Shown: one piece after another, positions 1-12,540 of the stretch
Layout: every line of letters starts with the position of its first letter
Position numbering within the stretch: the first letter of the stretch is position 1
Assembly (NCBI RefSeq): GCF_024521635.1
Contig: NW_026250405.1
Coordinates: 806,001 to 870,000 of the forward strand
Source: Tricharina praecox
Taxonomy: Eukaryota
DNA: 64,000 nt
Direction: 5' to 3'
Translations under genes and position numbers: made by a program
The notes under the pieces: generated by a model
What the model saw: only the letters and a program-made list of their open reading frames with translations
Told to the model about the DNA's origin: nothing
Database searches by the model: none

Positions 1-4
1 AAGC

Positions 5-265
5 ACCTGGTTTTTTCAAACTTCCGGCGCCTTGTAATTGAGGATACATGTAGCGGTAGTGTCTCAAAGGCTTGAGGGCTCCGACCTCGGCCCATCCCAA
101 GTAGTCTAAGCTATGAGAATTTCCGAAGCTGTTGCTATACCTGATCTATAAGGTACCTATGCCCCTATACACATCTCGCTCGAGTCCGCACTTGAATTGC
201 CTGTAGAGAGGTAAAGATATTCCATTTCCCACGTATCGATGAGTATAATAGTACAGGATACACGA

Positions 266-309
<44 letters not shown>

Positions 310-342
310 CAGGCGACCATTCGTACCAGCCAAACAGCGCAC
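5..342 (+). repeat. Dispersed direct repeat, copy 1 (homologous to 43818-44136; may continue beyond the left window edge)
   Basis: Colinear shared blocks with copy 2: CAAACTTCCGGC, GTAATTGAGGATACATG, GAGGGCTCCGACCTCGGCCCATCCC, AAGCTGTTGCTATA, GAGAGGTAAAGAT, TAGTACAGGATACACG, (CA)n, CCATTCGTACCAGCCAAACAGCGCAC. Confidence 0.92.
268..307. repeat. (AC)n microsatellite, about 20 units
   Basis: Read directly from the sequence. Confidence 0.97.
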
Positions 343-384
343 TCGCCCCATCCAGCGTCCGCCCAACAGTTCCCAATGCACTTC

Positions 385-962
385 CTACGTATTCGCGCAC
401 ATCAAGAACGCATTTCCGCTGGCGCCATAATGGGTGATGACATCTGTGGTCCTCGTCAGCAACTGGCCATGCATCCCGTCCCCTCGCGCACTCGCGCACT
501 CGCGTTCAACCGCAGGTCCTCAGCACAGCACTCACCACAGAACTTCGCCGAGCTTCCGCTCCTGCTGCCGATAACGACGCGGTCCGCACCCGGAGATCCG
601 CCGGTGTACAGCGAGCTCTTGAACAGCGGGAACTCGTAGTAGGGCGGGGCGCAGCCGCTGTTGAAACTGAAGCCCTCGTAGTTGTTGTACTGGTGCGGGT
701 AGTCGTTGTCGCCCACGGTGCTGCTCGATACGAGGTGGTCGAGGGCCTCGTTGGCCGCCGCTTGCACCGCTGCTTTGGTGAATACGTAGCCTGGGCGTGT
801 CAGTGGGAGTAGATGGAAGGGATGATGGGAGGCGGCGGGGAGGGGGATGGGGGATGTATGTAGGTATGTACCGTTGCAGTTGGCGCCAGTCACTCCCGTT
901 ACGGCCGCCGAGGCGGTGGAGGCGAGAAGCGTAAGGACGGCGAGGGCAGTGAGGAAGTACAT
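385..962 (-). CDS. Secreted guanyl-specific ribonuclease, RNase T1/N1/U2 family; exons 962-872, 790-536, 443-385
   Basis: Signal peptide MYFLTALAVLTLLASTASA; motifs DYPHQYNNYEG, YYEFP and GGSPGADRVV. Spliced exon 3 gives (D)VITHYGASGNAFLMCANT*, which supplies the catalytic His. Canonical GT..AG introns with CTGAC branch sites. TATATAAA on the minus strand at about 1032-1039. Confidence 0.93.
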
Positions 963-3436
963 TGCGGCGGAGGACTGCTGGCTGGCTGGCTGGTTGGGCT
1001 GAGGAGGGGATTTGATGGGAGCTAATGGGTGTTTATATACGGCCTGCCGTGTACAGGAGCGAGCTCATCCGCTCAGCAAACGAGAGCGAGAGAGACGAGA
1101 CTGTCCCCACGGACACTCTCGCCGGTACAGTGCTCTCCCGCGATAAACAAACACCATGGTCTAGCCATTTCCATAGATATTCTATGTACTGGCTGTGGAT
1201 TGCCGCCTCATCATCGGCCAGCTCCATTAGGAAGGAAGGCTAACGGCGAGCCGTCGTCGTCGGCGGGCTCCGAGACCGCCGATCACGTATATACATAGGC
1301 GGTTCAGGGCTCCTTGGATTAAGGGTCCTCGAAACGAGCTGGGCGCCGCCAATTGGCGGCCGGCATTCCCTGGCCGCCGATCCTAATCTCAGCTAACGAC
1401 ATTCGCTCAAGGCTGGAGGAGGAGATGTCAACGCACCCATTCATGCTGTTGTTATTTCGAAGGCAGAGGGAGGGAGGAGTGTCGTCGTCGTCGTCGCGCT
1501 CTCTTCCATTCAAAACCCGCTTCCACTGATATCAACGATGCTGCATCATGCTTCTGCGGAGATACCGAATATACATACATAGAGCATGCACGGAATCCTA
1601 ATGTAAGCTCAGGAACCACCGATATGCGATGCTATGATGCTGCCCGCGTAGAATAGTGATGCGGGGGTAACTACTCTAGCTCCCTTGTTCGGCAATCCGA
1701 GTCCCGACGAGCGCACGTGTGGCGGGGAATGCCTATCGATAGGCTGATAACAGCCGCTAGGTCCCCGCCGCGCCGGAGGTTTTGCAATCGTCGTTTCTCA
1801 AAGTGCTTGAATGCTGTAAACAGCAGGTCTGGTTGCGAGGGAAGTTGCCTTGTTCGGACGGCGGGTACGGCCGACTACTAATAACTGCACGCAGTCCATC
1901 AGCATGGGGTCTCTTTTCACAATACATATGATGGAAAAAGGAAGGCCACGGTGCATCGTCCGTCGAATTGCTACGGTTCCGCTCCAGAATCCGGGACGAG
2001 GGACGGCCTGAAGACGTTCGGAAACCGCAGCTAACTAATCCCAACTGGAGGTCGTCCATCCGATCCGTAGCGAAGCAACATGCATAAACACCGTCCGTGG
2101 GCGCTGAGAACAACAACTTGAGCGTATGGCAGCGGCGAGAATGCGCACGTTCGTCCGGTCGTTTTCGCTTTCGCAAACCAGCTACCAGCTACCAGCCCAC
2201 CACTAGGTACTCTACTTGCAGGTCTAGGTAGATATATAGAAGTGGTTATCTGGAAAAACACAGCACGTGCAAGATAACTATCATATATACCTACCAAGTT
2301 GAAGTCGGCCCGGATGAGAAGCCCCACGTAGCCACATATTTTCCCCACAGTATTTTCCGAATGCAACTTGAAAGGGGTCAAACCAAACTCTTGAATAGTC
2401 CGCTGAGAAGGAGGTGGTCATGATCGAGAGGAATACAATGTATATAGCCACTCCAGTCTACAACCGGCTCCGGCTGACTTCGATCCTCCTACATACCGGC
2501 GCGCAGAAAAGCTTCGTAGTTATGCAGTTAAACACCTAAGGCCTCATGTTTACTCGGCCGTGCTGCATACACCGTCTCCAGCTCGAGACTGGAAACTGCT
2601 GAAGCTGCTGAACCGTCCGTGATGTGACCCAACTGTGTAGCGAATCATATCTATTGGATCGATATACCAACAGTGAATAAGACACAGTAAGCATATGTAT
2701 AAGAAGACGCTCATACTTGCATGCATGCTTAGGTATGTATGAAACATTAAGCACCACTATGCACCAGCCAGTCCTCAGCATCGAGCAGCGCACGGTGTAT
2801 AGTACTCGTCACCCTCCAACACGGCAACAAGGCGACAACCACAACCTTTCACCATCTCAGCCCTTGGCGGCACATTATTTCTCACGAGATCACATTCGTG
2901 AGCTTGATGGAAGACTCCAAGCGATGAGGACGAGGACATCGAAAAATACATCTGCACGGTTTGAAGTTTCAGCTGGGGCTGAACATCCGACCCAACGGCG
3001 TGTGGAGGAAAACCTGGAAAGCATGCAACGATGTAAAAGTCAAGAGCAGAGGGAGAGGAGTCGGATTATTGATTCGGAGTGTCCTTTCTGGGGAGTTCGG
3101 GTGAAGCTTTTGTTGGGCTACCGTTTAGGCGGCCACAATTTGCCCACCTTCTTTCTGGTACATATCAAAGTCCGACTCACGGATTAAAATCTATCCTGGT
3201 CCATCTCCCAACGAGAGGAACTGATGTTGAAAATATACGTTTGAAGAGTCAACTAGGCTAGTGGGATTGAACAAGATTAAACCGTATGAGCTGTAAATCT
3301 CTGTGCATACATACTCTGGCAAAACCAAAAACTCGACGCCCATACTAAGCACAAAAGCACGCCTCGATGAAGTTATTCAAGCACATGTATCACACATTAT
3401 CATCCGAGGAAGTGTTCTATTGCTATGCTATCTTGA

Positions 3437-5153
3437 TCACTTGTTCTTCTGCCGCTTCTTGTTCTTCTTCTTCTTCACGGCCGAGACAGCCTCAGTTGCC
3501 GTTTGCGGTACAACGTCCGCTGGCTCACAATCACTGAGCCCACCCCACTCCTCCTCTTCATTATCCGCCACCGGCACCGCAGGTGTCTCCTCAGGCTCCT
3601 CCGCAGAATCCCTCACGAACGCGACCACAAAGAACCCAATGCCTCCATCCTCGACCGGATTACAGCGTACACACGCCTGCGCAACGATCTCATCGCCATT
3701 GCACCTATTCGGCCACCCACGCCTCTCCCACTCCTTTAGGGTCCCCTCCTCCCTCCTCTCCACGCGCCACCCCCTGCTTCTCGCCGTATCGTGAGCCAGC
3801 ACGGCCACAACGACGTCCTCGTTCTCCTCCGCGTGGATCGAGCAGGTGGAGTACGTGATCTTCCGTGCCGCCGGGAAGGTCATTGCGTGCAGTACCATGG
3901 ACTCCTGGAAGTCCGCCAGCGCCAACAGGCGGGATTTCTCCAGCTCTTCCTTCGTCTCCTCCTGTTCTTCTGCCTCGTCGGCGGCGGCGACGACGATGGG
4001 CACGGGCTTTTCCTTTGCCTTTTCCTTTTCCGCGCCGCGCTTCCGTTTCTTCCCGCCCTTCACCTCCGGCGCAGCAGCAGCTAGTGGGGCGAGCGTGTAC
4101 TCCTCGCGGCCCACGATGCCACTCCCGCTGCAGCTCGGATCGAGGAGGAGATGCGTGACCGCGCGCAGCTCCTGCGACGCCGGATCAGCCTTGAGAAAGT
4201 CCGCGCCGGCTTTGATGTCGATGACTCCGTCGCCGCCAGCTCGCGCAACCATCTTCCTTAGGACCTCGGCGCGCCGCGTGTCCTTCTCAAAAGCGACGAC
4301 TCTTCCCCCCGGGCCAAGCAGCGCCGCGATGTGTGTCGTCTTGTTCCCCGGCGCGGCAGTGGCATCCACCACTCTTGCGCCGGTGCCCGTCGCGGCCAGG
4401 AGGTGCGCGGGAAGGCACGACGAGCGGTCTTGCAGGATTAGCTTGCCGTCCACGTACATCTGGTGCGTCGTCAACTCCGCGCCGGGCGGGAACGCGAGCA
4501 GGTTTGGCACGATGGGGTCCACGTAGTAGACCCTTTTCTCCTTCCCGCCATCCTCGGCAAACAGCTCCTTGATCGTTGCGACGGCCGTGTAGTCCTCAAA
4601 CCCCTCGGCGATCGCCGCCTCGACGCCCGCGGTCTTGAGCGTGTTGATCCGCACCCACCGCGGGATCTTGGATGCGGCCGCTTTGTTCGCCGCGGCTAGC
4701 AGCGAGGATAATGTACCGTGCCCCCGCCGGATCCGCGCCCGTGTGAATTCTGCTGACAGCCGCGCTTTGTGCTTCAGCACGGCGTTCTTGAGCGGGCCGC
4801 TGGAGGTCGCGATCCCGCCGCGGGTGAGGAGCTGGTCGTGCAGAAGGAGGAGCGCGAGCGGGTGGGATAGCTATGGATTCTCATTCATCAGCCCATTGAC
4901 ACCCCCCACCCCTCCCCAAGGTAAAAGAAACAAAACAAACCTTCCTCTCCAACCCCAAAATCCCGCTGTTGGCAATAACCTCATTGAGGATGTCCTGATG
5001 TTTCAGGGTCTCAACGATGAGGGCGTACAGTCTCGCGGGCGGCGACTTGAACGGCGGCGTTTCTTCGCTGCTGGGGGAGCGGTGGTATATGCGCGACTTT
5101 AGTGACCCGCTCGTCGACGTCAGGATCGTGGCCGCCTCGATGTACAGCGACAT
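3437..5153 (-). CDS. RCM1: 25S rRNA (cytosine-C5)-methyltransferase Rcm1/NSUN5 family; exons 5153-4941 and 4870-3437
   Basis: N-terminus MSLYIEAA; motifs IPRWVRINTLK, LILQDRSSCLPA, DATAAPGNKTTH, LLDPSCSGSG, ITYSTCSIHAEENE and GFFV. One GT..TAG intron joins the two ORF-track pieces in frame. Confidence 0.93.
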
Positions 5154-7068
5154 CGCGAGTGCGGTGATGAGAGAAAATTAAAAAATAAGAAAACTAAAAA
5201 TGGAAATGGAAATGGAAATGCAGTGTGCAGGGACTGGTCGTTGGGTTAAGCTTCGATTTGCAGGGATCGAAGCAGGGCTTGGCATAAGGGCGAGAGAAAG
5301 GTACCAGAGACGTCATTAAGTTTCCTCAAGCTCCGAGCTGGTGAATCACAGTTCCCACCAGCTATTGACGGTCAATTCACCATCCCCCCACGACCTCTCG
5401 AGTGATATCCCCGTGACTCCGTGATTCCGTGATTCCGTGATTCCGTGAACAGTTGAATGCAATACAATAGACATCCCAACTTCCCAAGTTCCAACACCAA
5501 CGATAGCGATTCGCGAACATAGCAGATCGAATAGGTATCATACGCAGACGACCTCCCTTCTCCATCCTCTTCCTCCCCATCCCCATCCTTCCCCATCCTC
5601 CCCCCGCCATCATCCATCCCCGTCCCCATCCAGCACATTACCATCCAGCAGCAATTCGACGCAATTCGACGCAAGAACAAACAGAACCATCAGAAGCATC
5701 AGAAGCAGCAGCAGCAGCAGCAGTGCAGTACGATACTATAATTTACTACTCACCCCTCCCCTCCCACCTCCCCCGGGACGAAGCATACTCATCACCTCCC
5801 TCCCCATCTAACACTTATCCCCATCCCCATCCGTTCAATTCCATCCGATTCCACAAAAGAGAGCAGCAGCAGCCGTAGCAGCAAAATGACAGAGAGAGAC
5901 CCGATCCCAGAGAGAGAGAGATAGAGGAAAAGTATGCCCGAGCACGCAAAACAAGGAACAAGGAACCAAGCCAGAACCAATCGACAGGATGAGATGTAGA
6001 GGTGTAGAGATGTAGAGAGTGGAGGGTGATGATGTATAGCATAGCAACATGCATAGCAACATGCGAGTGCGAACAACAGTAACAGTAACAGTACCAAACA
6101 AACACAAAAAAAACAACGACATAACATACCGTCCACCCACGCACCCGCCCCCCCCCCCTACAGACACAGACCCCCAGTACACCGGCAAAGAAAACATGAC
6201 TTGCTCAACACAGCAAAAAAATAATGAGGGGATAGACAGTTGGAGTGTGTATGATGTAGTAAAGCGAGCGAGAAGCTGACAGACAGACAGACAGAAAAGT
6301 AAAAAAAATATGGTATGCGAATGAGTGAATGAAGAAGCTATAGTAGGTATGATGCTGACTGACGACAACAACGACGACAACGGTAAAACTAAACCAAAGT
6401 AATTTGGAAAAAACCAACCAACCAACAACACGGCACGAAACGAGCGCACGTACGTAAGCAGCAGCAGCAGCAAAAACAAAAACAAAACAAAACAAAACAA
6501 AACAAAACAAACCCCTCGAAACCACCCCAACTTAATGGCAGTTCCCCATGCATGCAAGAGAAGAAGACAAGACAAGACAAGACACAACAACCCAATGCGC
6601 AAATGCAACAAAGCAAGAAGAAGAAAACCCCCGGCGCAAAAAGAGAGAGATATAGTAGACAGACAGAGAAAGAGTGTGGATGAGGGAGTGTGATGTGCGA
6701 ATGATGCTCCCCGTGTGTCGTTCCTTGAACGTAGCATGACAATGTGTGTATGAGATGGCGTGCGTGTGGAAGAAGTAAGTAGTAGTAGTGGAGTCGCAGC
6801 AATACCAAGCAGTAAGAGTAAAAAGACCAAACCGGACCCGAACCAGAACCCAACCAACCCCAAAACCCCCCGCCGTGTGATATCACAAACCCCTTCGACT
6901 TTTTAGATACACCAAACAGCACACGCTCTAGAGAAAAAGAAAAGGAGAACTAAGAGAAGGAGAAAGAAAATGCCCGTTTATAGAAAGCCCGCCACCCGCC
7001 GAGAAATCAACAAACATACTCCAGTGATAAAAACAAAATCTTGCGAACGCCTGGTGGTTGCCAGGTCG

Positions 7069-9558
7069 TTAGAAGAAATGCGTGTACACCTTTGAATCCT
7101 CATGAACATCCATTTCCTGTCACATTGGTCAGCATATGTGTGGCCTCGGACACTCCCAGGCATTATATGTGTACGTACCATCTTGAATGTGTTCAACTCT
7201 TCCTTAATCTGCTGGGCCAACAGGGGCGTAAGGCGGTTGCACGTGGCAATCTCGCCGCGCCTGTCGTATTCGCCACTGGGCCAGGTATCGTGGAAGGTGA
7301 TGCGAGGGCTGAAGCTGACGTTGAACTTGGAGCCGGAGCTGGGGGATGCGGGAGCACTGTGGGAGTTGACATTAAGCCTCGGGGGCGCCATGAAGTAATC
7401 TTCCTGCTCGTTCTTGTCCTTGACGGACTGGGATTTGTTGCTTCCCGGTCGCTGGTTTTCGGGTCCAGATACGATGGGGATCTCGGGGAGCTGGAATCCG
7501 GACGGAAGTGTGTCGGTGGGCTTGGTCACCGGGGAGGAAGAACCAGCGCCTGCAATTCCAGTCAGTCATCTAGCCCAATAAACAGTGCAACATAAACCTA
7601 CGTTTAAGGATTCCCTTCACCGAAGCCGTAACCTCCGTCTCTCCACCAACAACGCTCCTTCTCCTATGACTACTGCCGCTGGCACTACCTCTCCGTCCCT
7701 CGGAATTGGCGGTGCCGACTCGCGAGTTCACCTCGAGAGAATTCCGTTCGAGTTTGGGAAAGCCCGTTCCTCCACCCACCTGGTCGGCAGCATTGACGTT
7801 GACATTGACCTTTTCTCGTTCGGCTTCAACCGTGATCATCGAAACCTGACCTGGGCTGGGCTGTGCGGACACGGGACCGCTCGCGGGCTCAACTCCGGTA
7901 ACCGATTTCGGCCTGAAAAGCCCGACGAGCGAACGACTCTGTCTCTTGATGCCCTTGCCCATCTTGCGGATCATGATCGAGGCGGACGACGCGGTGGACG
8001 AAACCGAGATATTGTCGGTCGATCCGGTGAAAAAGTTGCCCTGACCGTTGTAAATGTTCTCGCCCAACCCAGCAGCTTCCTGGCGTCTCGCGATGCGCGC
8101 CTGCTCTATGTCCTGCTCTTCTCGGAATCTATCCTGGCGGGCTCGGGCACGCTCTGCAGCCTCCTCGCCACGCATCGAATTGACGGCCGAAGCCTTTCTC
8201 AGTTCAGCCGCACTTCCGAAAGAAAATGCACGCCGAAGTCTGTTCTTCATTCCCTTCTTCGGGCCATCGTTCAATGCGTTGAGATGCTCGACCGCGGAAG
8301 AGTTCTTGCCACGCTCCTCTGTTTCGGCCGCAACAGGTGTCATGGGCTTCTTTCCGGCTGCGTTGGATTCGGGGCCGACTGCGGATCTCGAAAGGGGAGA
8401 AGGAGCGGTCGTCCGTTTGCTAACGTCGGCTGATGAGCCTCGTGGTGGGATGTTGACGACGTTGTACTCGTGGGTCGGTGCGACCGTCGTCTGTACGGGC
8501 GACTGCGCTGTGTTGGAACCGTTCGATACGATGGAGTTTCGATTGCTCTGTTATGACGTTAGAATCGCGACACGTGACACCAGAACTTCGCTGGAGCGGC
8601 TTACCGAAGCACGAGAGGAGCTACCCGAAGCTGAACTATCGGTACTACCCGTCCGTCGGCTTCCGGGTCTCATCGGGGGCTTGAAGTCTCCAACCACAGT
8701 GTTCTTGCTTCCGGTAGACGTATCGGGCGCGACCGCGCCGATCGGGTTGGTACTCGCAAGCTCCTGCCTCAAAAAACTCTGGAAATTTTCGGCCGTCATG
8801 GATCCAGGACCCACTGATCTTCGTCTGCTCTGAGTCGTTTGGTAGGTCGAAGGTCGTTGGTATGTGTGGATGTCGTCGACAGATTGGCTGCGTAGCTGTC
8901 CGGTGTAGTCGCCAACAAAAGGGGCCTTTACGACACCTTGTCCAAGATTTGCCGCGCCGTTGCTGTTAGGTAGCGACGGAGAACTGTTGGCTCGGCTGGG
9001 ATGTTGGTAGACGGCAGCCACCCCTGAGCCACTGGGCTGAGCTGAACCAGCAGGCAAGCCAAGTTGTGAATTTCTGTTGACCCGCTTGTACCTGTCGGGC
9101 TTTTCTCGGGTGGGAGATGGAGCCGCTGGTGGTATGGCTTGTATCGTGGTCGACAGCGGCCTCACGTTCTGTCGCGAGCCTTGATTGAGGGAAGAGTCGT
9201 CGGTCGAACGTGGGGATGATTGGGACGGCACACGTAAGTTGGCGTCGGATGACAGCGAGTCCAGAGAGGTGTAGGCTTGTCGGGTGTCGTCCGGTCTGCC
9301 ACCCATGGCAGGCTTGGAGGGACTCGGCGCCTTGAAAGAGGTAAGGCCAGGGGTCGATGTGAAGGCATAGGGTGAAACGGGAGCGGAGTAGACCCGATAG
9401 CTGCCACCGTTGTTGCTGTTGTTGTATCGCGAAGCGTTGCCGTTGTGCTGTCCGGGTCCCTGAGAAGCACCATGCGACGCTTGCGAACGCGGCTGCATGA
9501 GACTAACGGGAGCTGATGACTGCTGTTGGGCGGGATAAGTCTGGACAAGAGCTGCCAT
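7069..9558 (-). CDS. BNI4: Bni4-like PP1(Glc7)-targeting protein; exons 9558-8605, 8547-7602, 7549-7179, 7116-7069
   Basis: Low-complexity body with a KGILK motif and a conserved C-terminus VSFSPRITFHDTWPSGEYDRRGEIATCNRLTPLLAQQIKEELNTFKMEMDVHEDSKVYTHFF*. All three introns are canonical and frame-consistent. Start taken at the ATG of MAALVQTY. Confidence 0.85.
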
Positions 9559-12499
9559 CGCTGGGCGATCACCGCTACTCACTGAAGCCGCCAGGCCGAC
9601 GATTTGAAGAACGGCTCGCTTGGTTGGCTGCGAAGGTTCGGGGAGATCGGGATCGGGAGGTGGGGTTGTGTTGAGTCGGGTCGGGTTGGGTGAGATTGTT
9701 GTATGTAGATGGCGTATAAAGGTGACGGGAAACCGAGAAGTGGCAAAGAAAAGGAAAGTCTATGTGCAGTCGCGATTTAAGCGTCCGTCTGCGGATCCAA
9801 CGTAAGCATATCGGGACCAATCGTGGGGTGGTAAACGTTCGTTCCACGGGAGAGGGGGGGATGAAACGGACAAGACCGTTGTTCAGGAGGCACAACGCCA
9901 ATGATAGCAACGCGATACGTGAAGGGAGGCAGGAGACGGTACTAACCCCTTGAAAGCTCAACCGTGAAGACAGCGAGAACCACACACTAAAAGTATTAAA
10001 ACGACGTTGTATAGCGTGCAAAGTGTTCACAAGAATCGAATGAAAAGTGACGAAAGCTGGCGGGCCGTGGGTGCGGGCTGCGTGACTTTCTTCGAGCTAC
10101 AACAGTGAAGTCGTCGCTGCTCCTCCGCTGATCTGGTCGTCCAAATCGGCGTGATTAAAGAATTGAACGAAAAGTAGTAAAGGCCAAAGCTGCTGCTTCC
10201 TCCGTGTGTGCGGTAGCAGAGAATCGGGAGAGAAAGGGGGCGGGGGGGGCGAAGGAGCGAAAGAGTTCTGGCTTTCGCGCGAAGTACGGAGCGTGGGTGG
10301 TCGAGTGTCGTCCGGCGCGGGTAACAAGCGATCCGAGAAATCAACAGTCCAGCAGTCTAGGGGGCGTGGGGGAGGAAGGAAGGCGGAGGGCGGAGCGGGC
10401 AGCGGTGGGATAGCGGGTTGGCGAGTAGTGTACAAAACGAGGGAGCGCGCGAAGACGAAGAGTGAGTGAAAGGATGATAGGAGGGCGACGTAATTGCTGG
10501 AGGGCGAAGGAAGGGGGGTGGAGGGGGATGGGGGTTCGCTTGGCTGGGGGGAGGGGGTGGTGGTGGTTGTGGTGGAAGCCCTTCAGAACGGAGCCAGGGG
10601 GTTACGGAGGAGAGAGGTTGCGAGAGTTGTAGGCAGGGCGACGGTCGACGGCAATGGAAGGGGCGGGAGGAGAGAAGGTCACGGAGGAGAAGCCCGATGA
10701 CCAGGCTGACAACTCAAGAGAAATAAGAACCGAAGGGCACCCGGACGGACGACCCAGCTAGCGAATGGGGGTGGAGAGAAGGCGAAGTCGGTCGGCACGG
10801 GCGGTGGAGGGAGGAGGGCAAAGAGCAGAAGGGGGAGGGGGGAGGGGGGGCAAAGGGAAGGGGAAGGGGGTAGCGATCCACAAATGAAGTGACGGATGTG
10901 ATAGTAAACTTTTATGTAGGGACGGAAGGAAGTATGTAGGTTGGATTCAAGTAACCACCGCTCACCGCCATGCACAGCAGCGAAACGATGTACACTACAC
11001 TAACCACTGTACTCTACTGTACTCTAGATACTCTACAGACATCATATCTACTGAAGGTCATTACTTCATCCAGCCATGGCCGCCCACAGCCCATCCTTCC
11101 TTCTGTCCACAGCCCATCTTTCCTTCCATCCATGTCCATGCCTGCCAGTCGCAATGCTCTTCTGAAGAGGAGGAGGTATCTAGAGTGCGAATGAAATGTT
11201 GGCTTTGCTTCCTACTCCATCCACCAACAAGCACCGCGAGAGGACCGGTATCTTCATAGGCAGATACTCCAGATCTTCTACTATATTCTCATCCACTCTC
11301 CTCCACTCTCCTCCACTCCTCTCCTCCACTCTCCCCCACTCTACTCTATTCCACACAATACGCGCACAGCACAACACCACCGCACAGCACTCTAGAGGGC
11401 AGCGGCCATTAAGTCAGTAAGTAGAAGTATATACTCGCGCCCTTGGAGCACATCGATATCACGGCGGAAATAATGGCAATAATGGCAATAACTGGCAGAG
11501 AGAGACAGGAGATACAGGCACTTTAATAGAGTGAAGCTCGTGCAGGACACACCCCAGATTACCGCCAGTCAACAAACACGGATGCTGAAAATCCGAAGAG
11601 GCCACAAAATCAACAACGGCTTTTTTTTTGATCGGAGAACCCACCACCACCACCACCACCACCAGCTCTCGGCGGAGAGGGAGGGAGAGGAAGAGGCCAC
11701 ATTAGCTCGACACTAGTCAGGGCCCGGCTGCATCGAATCAGGCAACGTCAACGAGCCCACCACTCTCCACCCCCCCCCAGAAATCAACAGTCGCGGCTCG
11801 CCCATGACATCAAGGGGGGAAGAAAGGGAAGGCTGCTGTTCTATCTTTAAATTTTTAATTTTTTTTAATATAACACATTTCTGATATGGTTCCGCAGTTG
11901 CAGAATCCAATGTGGCACGGTGGCACCGAGATCTATGACATGTCCCCATGCCCTCATGTCCCCATGTACCCATTACCCGAACCTAGACATCTCCCACGGC
12001 CAGTGCGACTTCCGGAATACATACCGTACCTAACAAACAGACGACACAGCGACCGGCCGACCGATTGCACGGAGGAATCGCACATCCGAAAGCGCCGCCG
12101 AGAGCTGAAGAACGCAGACAGCAGAGACGCGTCGGTTTCAAATGCAGGCCCGATTACTGCATTGCGACATCTGAACCCCACCGCCAGCCACTCAGGCGCG
12201 ATTGCCGTGGACTCGATAACACGCGATATTATTGGTGCACCGCCAGTCGCAACTCGCTGGTGCTAAGCCAACCTGGGAAGAAGCAAATTGCCCATTTTAG
12301 GATGCTTGGCTGCGATTATCCCGTCCTTCCACCTCTGCAGATCGTACTCCACATAAAGTACCTCCAGGGATTGCTCCACCGCCAGCCCCAGCTTCACTCG
12401 TGTGCTCCCCCAGCCTGGGTGGGTGTCGTGACGACAACGGTGAGGACGACGGGACGACGGGAGTCTTGCAGCCAACGGTTGGAAGAGAGAGTGTTCGCA

Positions 12500-12500
<1 letters not shown>

Positions 12501-12538
<38 letters not shown>
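12501..12538 (+). repeat. Poly-G homopolymer (38 nt)
   Basis: Read directly. Poly-C runs of about 21-22 nt also occur at about 22440-22460 and 37559-37580. Confidence 0.95.

Positions 12539-12540
<2 letters not shown>

Noticed and set aside
5792..6922. Long hydrophobic ORFs (e.g. 5835..6863 minus, 342 aa) resembling membrane proteins
   Set aside because: They are translations of T-rich, microsatellite-laden sequence downstream of BNI4 with no domain signal.
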